Assembly: GCA_002633005.1 (NCBI GenBank)
Contig: NMRA01000780.1
Span: 62,001 to 126,000, forward strand
Reading direction: 5' to 3'
Origin: Phoronis australis
Lineage: Eukaryota > Animalia > Phoronida
Length of the DNA: 64,000 bases
This document shows positions 19,443 through 31,982 of the stretch, in pieces. The notes beneath the pieces are model-generated. The model made no database searches. It worked only from the letters and a program-made list of their open reading frames with translations, and was not told the origin of the DNA. The stretch's first letter is position 1. Each line of letters opens with the position of its first letter. A program made the translations under genes and the position numbers.

Positions 19443-21975
19443 ATGTCCGACCCAACAGACATCCCGGAGATTCCAACCAAGTTCGAACTCGACATGATCA
19501 ACAGAGACCCCAATCACCTGAATGGACACATTAAGGTAGATTTTAAATTAATTAGTGGTGTCTTTCCTGGTTTAATTAAATGTTCCGTAAAGCGTGAAAG
19601 ATGTAACTTAGTATACGTAGATTTTAGTAATTTTATTTAGATAGACATTGGTACATTCCTATTAAATTTAAAGTTGAATTAACTTCAAGTGACTGCCAAT
19701 GACTTGGACTGGAGAATAGATTAAGCCGCTCATGTATAGCATTTGTAATCGGCATAACATCGGTCTCATAATAGTCCTTACCGAGAAAAGACTTGATTTT
19801 CACTCGTAACAAGAGCTCATTTTCGTTGACCACCCTATAATTGCGAATTTGAATCAGTGTTCGAGTTGGCAACATTTTAAGATCGGATAAGAGTGGTAAT
19901 GCTTATTTAAATTCCAAAGCGCTTGGGTTATGAATTCAACAGCGACAGCGAAATAGCAGCGAAGTCACCCTTTAACTTGAATTTAAAACGATGTAAAAAT
20001 TAAATTGTGAAACAACAGTTGAATTTGTTATCTTATTTCAGTGTTATGTACAAAAGTGTTCTTTGAAGTAGGTTATTCAAGCTTATCACAAAATTGTTGC
20101 CAGTAAGGATGAATCGTATTAATCAACCATTCCCTCGTGGATAAGTATTCTATCAAATCAAACCCAGCGATAATCTGTAGTATTCGAATCAGTGTTCCTA
20201 GTTGTTCGAGGTAAAATATAAATCGTCAAGTTTCAGTGACGCCAAAACCTCAGACTCTGATAATCAACAGACAGATGTACTTCATGCACCGAAACATGTC
20301 GTCGTTATTAGCGCAAAGCTACATATACGTCTACAGTCTAAGACTATTTGTTTTAGACTTAAAATCATTTTTGAAATCTTGTGCTGGAAACGTAGCACTG
20401 AGTGAACTGTTTACTCTTTTACAGTCACGCTTTTCTTTAGACGCGGCGGTTATAGGCCTACAGCGTAAGTGATAACCACGTGTCCGTTTCCCGAAAAACA
20501 CTACAGCTATAATTATGATCATGATGGTTATTCTGGGTAAAAATATTTTCGCCTATGAAAATTACTACAATCATCAACACCCTCGTAATTAATCACGAAT
20601 TACAAAACAAACAAAAAAGAAATTCCGCATCAGCCGACACAGCCCGGGACAACCGTAAAAACCCGTAATGGCAGTCTAGTACTATTTATAGTTCTGGTTC
20701 TACTGTACATCGTAGGCTACATCAAAGTGTTTTTTACTTACAAATTACAGGTGAAGTTTGAAGAAATCATTGGCGAACCGGACGGTGCACACAGTATCGA
20801 TTGCGTGTGGAGAAATTCGTACAGGTGTTTTGAAGGAGGAAAGAACATCTGCTACAAAGTTTTAACCATAATTTGCGCGCTTCCCATNTGTGAAACAACA
20901 GTTGAATTTGTTATCTTATTTCAGTGTTATGTACAAAAGTGTTCTTTGAAGTAGGTTATTCAAGCTTATCACAAAATTGTTGCCAGTAAGGATAAATCGT
21001 ATTTTTCAACCATTCCCTCGTGGATAAGTATTCTATCAAATCAAACCCAGCGATTTTCAATCTGTAGTATTCGAATCTGTGTTCCTAGTTGTTCGAGGTA
21101 AAATATAAATCGTCAAGTTTCAGTGACGCCAAAACCTCAGACTCTATAATCAACAGACAGATGTACTTCATGCACCGAAACATGTCGTCGTTATTAGCGC
21201 AAGGCTACATGTGCGTCTACAGTCTAAGACTATTTGTTTTAGACTTAAAATCATTTTTGAAATCTTGTGCTGGAAACGTAGCACTGAGTAAACTGTTTAC
21301 TCTTTTACAGTCACGCTTTTCTTTAGACGCGGCGGTTGTAGGCCTACAGCGTAAGTGATAACCACGTGTCCGTTTCCCGAAAAACACAACAGCTATAATT
21401 ATGATCATGATGGTTATTCTGGGTAAAAATATTTTCGCCTATGAAAATTACTACAATCATCAACACCCTCGTAATTAATCACGAATTACAAAACAAACAA
21501 AAAAGAAATTCCGCATCAGCCGACACAGCCCGGGACAACCGTAAAAACCCGTAATGGCAGTCTAGTACTATTTATAGTTCTGGTTCTACTGTACATCGTA
21601 GGCTACATCAAAGTGTTTTTTACTTACAAATTACAGGTGAAGTTTGAAGAAATCATTGGCGAACCGGACGGTGCACACAGTATCGATTGCGTGTGGAGAA
21701 ATTCGTACAGGTGTTTTGAAGGAGGAAAGAACATCTGCTACAAAGTTTTAACCATAATTTGCGCGCTTCCCATGGCACTTTGCTGGGGGTGTGAGTTTGC
21801 TTGCATTACATTCTCTCACATTTGGCATTTCACGCCGTGTCTACGTGTGTTCGGTATTGTGTGCGGCTCTGCGCAGATGTTCTTCACCACCCTACTGCAA
21901 TGCTTCTTGGCGCCATGCTGCGAGACACTCGGACTGGTCTTCTCCAAAATCAACGTCGTCCATACACAAAACTGA
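19443..21975 (+). CDS. Caveolin (copy A, 143 aa)
   Basis: Exon 1 is 19443-19535 (..MINRDPNHLNGHIK, GT donor) and exon 2 is 21637-21975 (AG acceptor). It has the caveolin signature FEEIIGEPDGAHSID and a hydrophobic hairpin domain. The phase-0 intron at K|V matches the conserved caveolin exon boundary. Confidence 0.93.
20006..21773. other. Near-identical direct duplication (20006-20887 / 20889-21773) around a single N, producing a false partial caveolin exon at 20751-20887
   Basis: Copies abut the N at 20888 and differ by scattered SNPs and small indels, as expected for two haplotypes. Confidence 0.8.
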
Positions 21976-23447
21976 GAAAACTTCGCAAAACAGAGACTAT
22001 ATTCTGGGCATTGCACATGACAGGGCATTGTTTTTTTTTCCACAACAGTGTAACAAGTTAGACAATCGATCATCTTTCCGTCCTCCGGGCGTCCTAGTAG
22101 TCAACGGGGTACCACGCAGATTTGTCGACTGGTGATCTTGAGCTCATTTCTCACAAACTGCAAATCTATTCATTCGGTGGAACCAGTTCCTTTCTCTCGA
22201 AGAAACACAAATTGCACGTGCTTGACACTAAACAGCAAGCGCTTGCTGGCGGTGTAGGGCATCTTACTGTAAGTTGTGTATGCAGCGTACATATTGTACA
22301 CGGTGCATGTACCGGTACGAATGGGAACATAGGGTTAAGCGGTTGGTGAGAAAACTGTCTTTTTAAAAAGAATTGCAGCACACGAGAAAAAGAAATGCCG
22401 CATGTGAGAAATGCTGCATGTGACAAAATTTGTGAATGAGAACTCCATTGGCCGGGTTCCGTGAGTTAAGGATGTCTTGTATACCCTGATTTATAGTTAT
22501 TCATCTACACTGGGGTACGGTGTGGTCATTGTCCATTTTGCTGCCACATTTATACGAATTTGCCAAAGAAACTTCTTGAAATTCTTGCAGCCTGATGAGG
22601 ACTTGATGAACATTAGAAACAATGCTTCAGTGAATAAGCCTCTCTCTCTCTCCATGTTGAATAACCTGAATAAGGTCTTCCATAAGGCTACCGGTAGTGA
22701 TTAAAGTGTTTCGTGTTTAGAGCTCAACTTCATCTCACTGGATGTGGCGAATGAAACTGGACTACATTTGTACATTGATTTCATCATATACACTCCTTGA
22801 AATTATGTACATGTGTGGGCTCATGTGAAAATGGTACTTGAAGCTTTACGAGACACCATTTTTAGTCAATAGACGTCGCTGCGCCGCTGTTTCTGTTTAA
22901 ATCTTGCAGAACCCTTGCCTCAGAAGTGACACGTATACTTTCTGGTGTGTTTCAGTAGAGCCAAAGGTGTTCTTAGATATACAAATTTACTACTTGTTTA
23001 TCAGAGAGTTCCACTTAAAGTTGTGCAAAAACTGGGAACTAAACTTACTGGAGGTACATGGGTCTAGAGTATTAGGAGATTTTTTTTAAAACTTCAACAT
23101 TAATATTGTGTATAAAATCGTACCTATATTTATTCATTATTTATGTGGAATAATAATACTTAGGAATTTCAATTATGTTTGTTGCGAGTCACCGTCCACT
23201 ACTTTCAGATATTTGTTATTTTCGAAAACTTTATCCGATGTGAACATTGCTTTCTTTCTAGTTCGGAAATTCTATACACTTACTATAGAGTATATGGCCA
23301 ATGGCGTATTTTCACACATTCCTTTGTTTCTTTAACGTAGAAAATAAATCTGAAACTAAATAAGGCGATCCAGATCCTCTAAAGGATACTATTGTTTCAC
23401 GAAATGTAGAATATAAATAGGTAAATAAAACAACAAGAAGGGATCAA

Positions 23448-24000
23448 CTGAAATTTTCGGATATAATAACATCCTTCGTCAACAGAAACAGAAATAAAGT
23501 AAAATTAAACACTATGTGACAATTGACATTTAAGATGTGGCGTAATGGATATGATACATTGTTGCAGAAAAAATTCAAGGATATAATTTAAGAAGTTTTT
23601 ATGTTTAATCCATTAGGTTTAAGTTCATTGAGCTTATCTGTCCAAAATTGTTCTCTTTTCGGTCTGTGAGGGGTATTGGGGTATTGGAGTTTTTCTATTA
23701 TTTGTACAGAAAGATATTGAAGATTATGTTTTTTGGAATTGAAATGGTTACCTATAGTATAAGAAATGTTTTCATGTTAAATCTATGATTACGAAACCGA
23801 GTTTGTAGATTTTGCTGAGTTTGTCCTACGTATTGGATAAAATATTTTTTACATGTTATATGGTAAATAATAGTGTTGGTGGTGCAATCAGAATAATGTT
23901 TCAACCAGTGAAAACTTTGAAATACAGGTATATTCGAAAATTTCAGTTGATCCATTCTTGTTTTTTTATTTACCCATATATATTCTTTGTTTCTTTGCAA
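23448..24000 (-). mobile_element. Penelope-like retroelement relic: frameshifted GIY-YIG endonuclease 3' end plus degenerate hammerhead motif
   Basis: Minus-strand translation gives 'IIYHITCKKYFIQYVGQTQQNLQTRFRNH'. Other frames give 'HFN' and 'REQFWTDKLNELKPNGLN', ending at a stop at 23588-23590. Downstream is TTGACGA-AGGATG-TTAT-TATATCC-GAAA-ATTT at 23482-23451. Confidence 0.85.
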
Positions 24001-24522
24001 CAATAGAAATATCGGCAATCAAAACTCAATGCTTGCGATGTTCATTGTTTTAATAACGGAGGATTTTGACGGCTGATCAGCCTGAATCTCTGTTGTGTGA
24101 CGGTATATCAAAAATCTACGACACTGTTCCGAGCCTGTGAACACAACGAATAATCTAGGACACCAACACTAAAGACGATGAACATTGCCATTAATTCACT
24201 CAATGAGCTATACCAGGAGCTCATTGATTCACTGATGAATTTATTTTATGTTGTCTGTTCAACCCCCACTAGGAGCCAAGCTGCCCCGCATCCTCAGTAA
24301 AATATTTCAGGAAGATTTCAGAAATTTTGTGTTTTGTAGTTTTTCACATTCACAATTATCGTTTTACGAAATTCATGTTCCAAGCAAAAAATGACATACT
24401 GAAAAATGTCGCCGGTTTTGTCCTTAATAAATTACACTCTGTGCAACGCTTTAACCCGTGTGTGAAGATTTTACAGTCATTTCAAAGTTACTTCTAAAGT
24501 GACATCAGTCTTTCTGAGATCA

Positions 24523-24590
24523 CCCTCGTCGTAGACTCGAACTTGCAACTCTTGAGTCACGGTCATACGCTCTGCTGACTGAGCCAAACC
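24523..24590 (-). mobile_element. Degenerate tRNA-derived SINE head
   Basis: Minus strand TGGCTCAGTCAGCAGAGCG (A-box-like) ... AGTTCGAGTCT (B-box-like); no full cloverleaf. Confidence 0.5.
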
Positions 24591-25669
24591 TATTCATTAT
24601 ATGGTGGCCTTGATTCAGCGAACATCAAGAATTGGCAATTTGTAATGAAAAGTCTCAAAAGCATAACATGTTTCTTTGTTTTGTGGCTTTGGTCAAGTTG
24701 AATGTCCAATCCATTCAACAATATTGTAGTCCCAAAATTGCGTTTTTCACTGGTAAAAGACGATGTTATATTAGATCCGAAAATTGAGTAAAACAATTAA
24801 TACTTGATGAAAGGAACAATACTATTGATTCAGCTAAAAACACATCGTAACACTCTGCACGGTGTGGGTGCTCTGCCTCATAGCGACAAGGCGAGCCCTC
24901 CTAGACCGGGCATAAAAAATTCAGACGTACGGCAATATGAAAAATCTGGCGAGCGAGGGCGGTGGTTACCGTGGGACACACTAATTACCGTGGACTCCGA
25001 CTGACTTTGGGGGCGCGACAATCTGCATAGTGAGACCAGAAAAAAATATCCTAAAGCCTAGAGCTAAATTAAGGTGGTCAAGTGCATGAAGCACCGATAA
25101 TTTTGAACTTTAATTAACTTTATTCCAATTATTTTAGTTTAAAGTGACAATATATTGTTGGGCCGAAAAGCGCAGTTTTGGGATTAGTGTTGAGGGAGAT
25201 GGATGTTTTAAAATTATTGAACTGTAGTTAGGGCCGTAAAGTAATAAAATCTTACGTTTTTCATAATTTGATGGCAAATCACCATTTTCTTTCGTCGTTG
25301 TCTGCCCGAAATTTTCGCGCTGAAAGCAAGGTCGGGTGGTGACTTCACGAGTTTTAACATGTTGTTCAGGATACTAAACCCTGATGTAATGATTTCAACC
25401 AACCCTCCTTCTGTCACCTGCTCTACAGACGTCATCATTGAAGCCAATCTTGAAAGATAAAAGCAGTAATCAACTAAAAACTCACACCACGCCCTATTTC
25501 ACAAATTATGGTCCTTAGTGAGTGTCTGTAATTCGCTAATTCACGACAGCCTGTTTAGCAGACTTTGAAAATGAGAGGAGTTTTCAAAAAATTCTCCATA
25601 CTTGAAGGCTTGGAGAGTGGTTTCCCACATTTGCCGTGCAATTCGCTAAAATCGTACATGTAAGTCACG

Positions 25670-25830
25670 CTTGCCCGTTTAGCAGACACTGAAAGGAGTT
25701 TTCAAGAATTTCTCTTTTGAGTGTTGTCGATGGTTACACAGCATCGTTTTGTTTCAGAGAGCTGGACGGACAGTCGTTTTATAGCTTTTAATAGGCCAAA
25801 ACCGGCCGGATTTGGTATCCTTTTACAGCG
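25670..25830 (+). repeat. Dispersed repeat; inverted homolog at about 41370-41520
   Basis: Shared TTGCCCGT-TAGCAG..GAAAGGAGTTTTCAA..TTGAG-GTTGTCGA-GGTT..AGCAT..TTTTGTTTCA..AGGCCAAAA..TTTGGTATCC. Confidence 0.7.
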
Positions 25831-26852
25831 TATTCAAAGAAACAGCTTGTAATTAACAGAATGGATTTAAAATCAGCCAGCAGAGAGAGTTTCGGGATCG
25901 ATTGCTCGCTGGGGCCTGATTTCACTTCTTCTCGATTGTCACTCACTCAGTGTTACAACTGTTCTTTGGTGCCAGCTAAACTGATGCCATGGCAAAAACT
26001 TCCCGTTTGCGTAAATCAGCTTTTGACGAAAGCGCTCACGCAGTGTTTTTCCCGCATGACGATTCGCAGGCAAATTATCTTGGGTCTACCACCGTTCAAA
26101 GAGTAAATAAAACGAAATACATACTTCATTAACGATACCCAAAAACCGAAACATAACACACCTAGTTTGGGTTTGACAAATTTTATCGTATTTTGTCGGG
26201 TAAAACTGGCCCTATATAACTTAGGTTTACACTTGGAATTACATTTCAAAGGCCAAACATTTCGACAAGTCAACACCTTTAGCCAAATCAGATTTTTCAA
26301 CCAGTGTTTCACTAGCATGAAGCCATTGCTCCGATCCACACGAAAGGACCTTAGGTCAGCGTTCCCGATAAATTGGCTTCTTGAAAACAGTGTTTTATAT
26401 ACAAATCTAATGCAATGAAGGTGTTCTAATGCAATTCTGTAAATTGTATGCACACAATACATCTTTGCGTAACCTCAACCCCTCTCATCCCTACTGTATG
26501 TGTCGTTGAGTGTGCGGGCTTCTGAAATACGTGTCTTCCATGGTTCTGTCTGCCAGCACTGAGAATGGTTTTAGGTTCACTGAGCAAACGAAACGTTTGT
26601 TTGATATTGATATTGCATGGATGGCACAGCACTGAAATAAGTGGGAGCTATAGTCCCCCCCCGCCAGCCCACTATGGTGCGCCGCCCATCGGTTGACCAT
26701 TTGGCCAGAAACCCCGGTAATAAANCAGCAGCGATTTGATCCGCAATGATTCACCGCTCCCAGACACGTAACCGGTCAGTGAAGAAGTATTTACACGAAC
26801 GCGCGCGACAGTGAGTTGTAAAACCGAACGGCATTGGCTAAGAGTAAGCACT

Positions 26853-26981
26853 AAATTACGAGCGTAATTTTACGCCGTAAAGAATTGAATTACGCTCGTA
26901 ATTTTACGGCGTAATTAACGGCGTAAATAACGGCGTAAATAACGGCGTAATGTACATAATTACGCTCGTATTTTTACGGCG
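26853..26981. repeat. Array of nine TTACG-N(1-2)-CGTAA quasi-palindromes
   Basis: TTACGAGCGTAA, TTACGCCGTAA, TTACGCTCGTAA, TTACGGCGTAA, three TAACGGCGTAA, TTACGCTCGTAT and TTACGGCGACA, read directly from the sequence. Confidence 0.85.
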
Positions 26982-29900
26982 ACACTTCCCCCCCAACGGC
27001 CCATGATAAATACGTGGCCATGGCGTCTCTCGAAAACGTTAGCCTTGAGACTGGGAGACAGCTAAGGAAAATTTCGTCAGCTTTATACGAGTCCTGTGTG
27101 ACATTTGTACAATATACATACACCGACCTCTCAATATTTGATTATTGAGAAAATACAATATTGCATAATGTCTACCATATCAAGCAGATTGTTTATTCCA
27201 TCTTCTCCAGGCAACGGATGATGATGTCCTTATTTTGTTTTTGCAATCAGGTCGCTATGCAGCTCAACAATTAAACGTGTTTAAGCGACTTCGTCGCAGG
27301 TTTTCCGGAGGTTGGCAAAATATTATGAGCTTTTCCAGCGGCTCACGCTTCGTTGCTGTAAATGAAAACAGAGACCAACACAAATAACTTTCACAAAAGT
27401 CTTCCGCTGCTCTTCTTGTCAACGCGTTGCTGGGCTCCTCACCTCAATCGATATCTGCCCTCTGTTACCAATAAAACAACAACACTCCCATTGTTGTTCT
27501 GCAAACATCCCACTCATAATTCACTGTCGATATAAATAGTCTATTAAATTACGCACGCATCCTTGACCATCGTTCACAAGTAAATATATAGATGTTAATG
27601 GTTGCCAATCTCCCTGAGGTAGAACCTTAAGTTTAGTCATTGGCCGACAAAGCAACTCCCTCGACATTGGGACGATTCTGACTGCTCCATTAAATCGAAC
27701 AATAGGGATTTCACTTCGACTCTTGTCATCTTTCATATTTATTGATAGAACAACTTCCGATTTACTAAAGGTGCTTTCACCTTTAATGTCTGAACAACAA
27801 AGACGACACAAAGCAAACATACGTGTTTTGATAGCCTAATATAGCCAGTGTGAGATATTTGAAAATTTTCAACAACTTTTAAAAGGGACATCCAGGACCA
27901 GTCAGATGGTTCAGCCGGTTTACCCGGCATAACTAGCGAAGACAAGTGCAGCCAATGTCTACAAAATCATACCATCTGTAAAAGTATTTGAAGCCCATCA
28001 GTGCAGTAACACGACTTCGGGAGTCGGTCAAAATAGAACTGACGTATAACTTAGAAGTGGAGATTTTGATCTCAAAGCAACGGTTAGGCTCCACCCAGTG
28101 ACTAGAACAAAACACTAGCGTGAAATACATTGTTATCGGCCTGTTTAAGTTACTAAAATCGAAAACCGAACGAGGCCTTTAATCTCATATATTCAGTCTC
28201 GTGATCCCGTGAGGTCACACTATTTCCGGCCTACCAACAAGAACATCGAGAGCATCAGCTACTCAAGAAAGTGCTTCTGCGCTTACAGGGGTCGGCCAAA
28301 CACAACATTTTGAATTAAAAAAATGACACATATAGTGCACATGCACCCATTGCTTATGACTTGAATTGTCGGCTCATTCTGCAATCAGTCAAGATGGATC
28401 GGATGCGCATCATAATGTTTTTAAACGCCAATGTGTAAGAATTCAACATTGACAGTTAAACAGCGTCAAGATGTCTCTTTAAACTACCTTAGAAAACTAA
28501 GAAATATCATGGTATAACAAACTGACGCGTCCGACGCTGCGCGAATTTGGCATACGATTTTTCTTGTCATTGAGATCCAGAGTTTAATTATAACGAATAC
28601 CGCTTAGAAGAATATACAAACAATGCCAATAAACACACCGTAAGAACGCTTTTTGGCATTTAAACCATTAGCGTGAAGATTAGATTTCGTGAAGATTAGA
28701 TTTATTATGCAAACAACGATTATTCAAAATTTAATGTCTAATGGTCGAATCTCCCGTTAATTATTGAATTGGATTGGGGCTGATTAATGCCCTGCGTCAT
28801 CATAAACTCGATATTGACGGTCAAATAACACTCCGTGTTATTTGTGAGATGAGAAAAAATAACTAGTTTTAAAGAGTTTCAACAGATGTTCACTGCGGGA
28901 AACGAACTTATATAAAACAAACGAGCAAATGTATGCCGTGTAAGAAAGTGTTTTAAGTCCTGTATCTTACAGATTGCTCATTTTGAGTGTTTTGTTGGCA
29001 GAAATACAATAAAAAGGAAGGAAACTTCGTTTTCTTTACTGGGAAGTTTCTTTGCGAGACATCATATTTTTGTAAACAAGTCATCAAGTTGGAATGCAAG
29101 AATGCATTCAGAAATATTTCCCGGGAATATGTTTAAAGCCCCGATTTTTCCCTCGGATGTGAACGTTATCTGCGCATGTGAGACACAGCCAATCAGTTTT
29201 TAGTTTGAAAATCACGGGACAAGTATAACTGAAGTTCCCACCAGTTCACGGATGACGCTCCCCTCCAATACTCTATGTGATGAGATATCTCAGTGACGTG
29301 TGTTCCATAGCGCGTGGCGAGATTGTTGCGAAAACGCAAGACGCCATGAATTACAAGCAAAACGCGTGATTACCGATTCTTTCGTTTACGAAACTTTAGC
29401 ACCCTATTCAGTTTACAATCACAACAATTCACGGTTCCTAGTCAGTTTTAACCGATACCTCCAATCATTTAATGATTTCAACCAGTACATACTTAGCTTA
29501 AATGTAATCACCGTTGACCTAATTAGCATATCGCATCAGTATTGACCTTACTACCTTCTTGTGCGATGAACGGTGAAATAGACTACAGGAAAAATGATGA
29601 CACTAAAAAATATTCATGCGTAAAACAGTACATTGAGTTTATTATATGTATGACTCGCTGTCGCCGATCCCAATGTGTGTATTTGAAAAGGTGTTTGTAT
29701 ATAGCTCATTGTGGTCAATACCATTGGTGTCACGAACCTAGTTGTTCTGACAGGCACAGCTATTTTTCTAAGTCGTTTGTTTCCCAAGTTAGAAATGAGA
29801 AAAATTTAAGTCAACGGTGTATCCAAATAAAGATCGCAACATTTTATCGGTGGAGTGATATGTAAATATGAGCGACATCAACAACAATATATGTATGCCG

Positions 29901-30002
29901 GATCGTCTAGGAGACAGATGTTCTCGCCTCACTGGTGAAATGTCCACTTTTTCTCGAGTCCTGACATAGTCGCGTTTCGGTTACCGCGGGTTCACTACTC
30001 AG

Positions 30003-30142
30003 CATGGGCGGCGCGCCATAGGGGACTGGGGGGCTACCGCTCACATTTTCATTGCTGCGCCCCCCATGATCTATGGCCAGTGCAATACAGCGGGGCTGGA
30101 GGGCTGTAGCTTTCTACTTTTTTCAGGGCTGCGCCGCCCATG
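30003..30142. mobile_element. MITE family A
   Basis: Same TIRs as the 9245 copy; perfect 5-bp TSD CTCAG. Confidence 0.87.
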
Positions 30143-30192
30143 CTCAGTGTCAGAACAGTTGAACCTGTCCATCAACTTAAATGGTGGCTAAC

Positions 30193-30345
30193 CAGGGGCG
30201 GATCCAGGACTTTGAGTTAGGGGGGGCCAGAGTTGAGTATGAGCCAGGATTTTGCCCGTCCGACATTTGCACCCTGGAACTGCCAAATGGAATCTGGGAG
30301 AATAGGGGGCCACGGTCCCTTGGCCCCCCTCTAAATCCGCCACTG
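30193..30345. mobile_element. MITE family B (TIR CAGKGGCGGAT)
   Basis: CAGGGGCGGATCC...ATCCGCCACTG; reverse-orientation homolog of 9287-9433; perfect 5-bp TSD CTAAC. Confidence 0.87.
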
Positions 30346-30768
30346 CTAACTAGTCATGCATGAACTGATATATAGAAAACGGAGGTAATACTCTGTTGAT
30401 ATGAAGGTTTTGTGTAGGCCTCTAAACGGTCAACTCAAGCCATGAGGAGCATCTACATGACGCCTTTTGTTGTTACGACGTGTCTCAGTGGCGCTACTTT
30501 CACTACCGCTAACTTGACTCCCTGGTGAGTTAACAAAACATTTCTTAACAATTGATTGAACCTTTTATCACAACAACATTTCTTCTCATTGTCCTTAATA
30601 TTTGATCAGGTTTGTTGTGGAGAATGCGTATCTATGTACCTGGTTGTCAAGAGCGACTAAATTGATTAATGTGCTTGGATACAACCAAGGTGTCACATTA
30701 GTTGCTGGTGACCGACCGCAGATAGTCCTGTTTTACTCAATCTCAAAAAATTTGCTAATACAACCAGG

Positions 30769-31982
30769 ATGTCTGAAGATCAAGGCCCCGATATGATCAA
30801 CAGGGACCCAAATAACCTGAACGATAATGTCAAGGTATGTGAGTGCTACGTATCGAAGGAGTCTAAACGATTTTTTGTTGATGAAAAGTCTCACGCTGTC
30901 ACAACTGGTTCATCCGGCGTTTATAAATCTCTAAAATTGCATAGGGATTTGATATTAATCCTTTTATTACAGATAATGGAAATATAGTTTAGTTTTTTAG
31001 AGCGTCAAGCTGTCGATGACTACTAATGTGTGTACGGAACAGGAAGTGTTTCCATGTAAACGACCATTGTTTACAGCAGAAATTTATATTTCAAATTGTC
31101 GACTTAAAGGGACATTCTCGTCGAGAAAAGTAATTCTACAGAAATTAGGACTAGTGGTTAGTAACTTGAAGAAGTCTGCTCCATCCAATGATAATCCTAA
31201 AAATGCGTTTTTCGGTAAAACCTATAATGTCCCTTAAAAATGTCGAGGTAAAAACAGGAGCCCATTCCGTAAACGTAAGACATTCGCGAGAGAGTTACGG
31301 CGAGAGATATTCTCTTGTCAAACGGAAATATACCTTGAAAATTGCTTTCTGTTGCTCCCGCAATTCAACATTCTACCTTTGTCGGCGTTGAACCATTTCA
31401 GTGGAGGCTATTTTTTAATTTACGCGAATCATTCCCAGCGTTATTGACGCCAACTCGAGCTTTACGCACGCGTTATTTTTCTCTGTATTGCGTGATATTT
31501 CTGATCGTTGTCTTACCTATCTCCTCATTTGAAAATTGTAGTTTAAACTTATGAGTGAGCACGCGTCCAATGTCATAGTCAGTGAACCACGATGAACTTT
31601 GCATTGACCTGAGACTATTTTCTTATCCACGATGTTCTTTTGTTCACAGGTCCTATTTGATGATGTTATCGGTGAACCCGAAGGGGCGCACAGTATCGAC
31701 TGCGTGTGGCAGAATGCTTATAAATGTTTCAATGGCGGAAAGAAATGCTGCTATCTGTTCCTGACGGTCTTGTGCGGACTACCTATGGCATTGTGTTGGG
31801 GTTGTGAGTTCGCCTGCATCACCTTTGCACACGTCTGGCAGATCACGCCGTGTTTGCGATCATTCCACATCTGTTGTGACTGCGGGCAGAGGTTCTTTCA
31901 GACGGCCCTCAGTTGCTGCTTGGCTCCCTGCTGCGAGACAATTGGTCTGGTCTTTTCCAAGGTTGCCGTCACCCAATCATAG
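30769..31982 (+). CDS. Caveolin (copy B, 132 aa)
   Basis: Exon 1 is 30769-30834 (MSEDQGPDMINRDPNNLNDNVK) and exon 2 is 31650-31982. Signature FDDVIGEPEGAHSID; canonical splice sites. Confidence 0.94.
31108..31234. mobile_element. TTAA-targeting MITE (Kolobok/piggyBac-like) in caveolin B intron
   Basis: TTAA-AGGGACAT ... ATGTCCCT-TAA terminal inverted repeats. Confidence 0.6.

Noticed and set aside
20727-20954. Fourth caveolin gene or extra exon
   Set aside because: Truncated at the N and identical to the start of caveolin A exon 2 within a gap-flanking duplication; most likely an assembly artefact.
22592-22650. Hammerhead-like CTGATGAGG...GAAAC after caveolin A
   Set aside because: No convincing stem II pairing; too degenerate to call.
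26853-26981. CRISPR array
   Set aside because: Units are 11-12 bp with no unique spacers, there are no cas genes, and the context is eukaryotic.
28672-28703. Short tandem duplications (16 bp here, 17 bp near 59940, 12 bp near 60738)
   Set aside because: Ordinary slippage duplications with no further structure.
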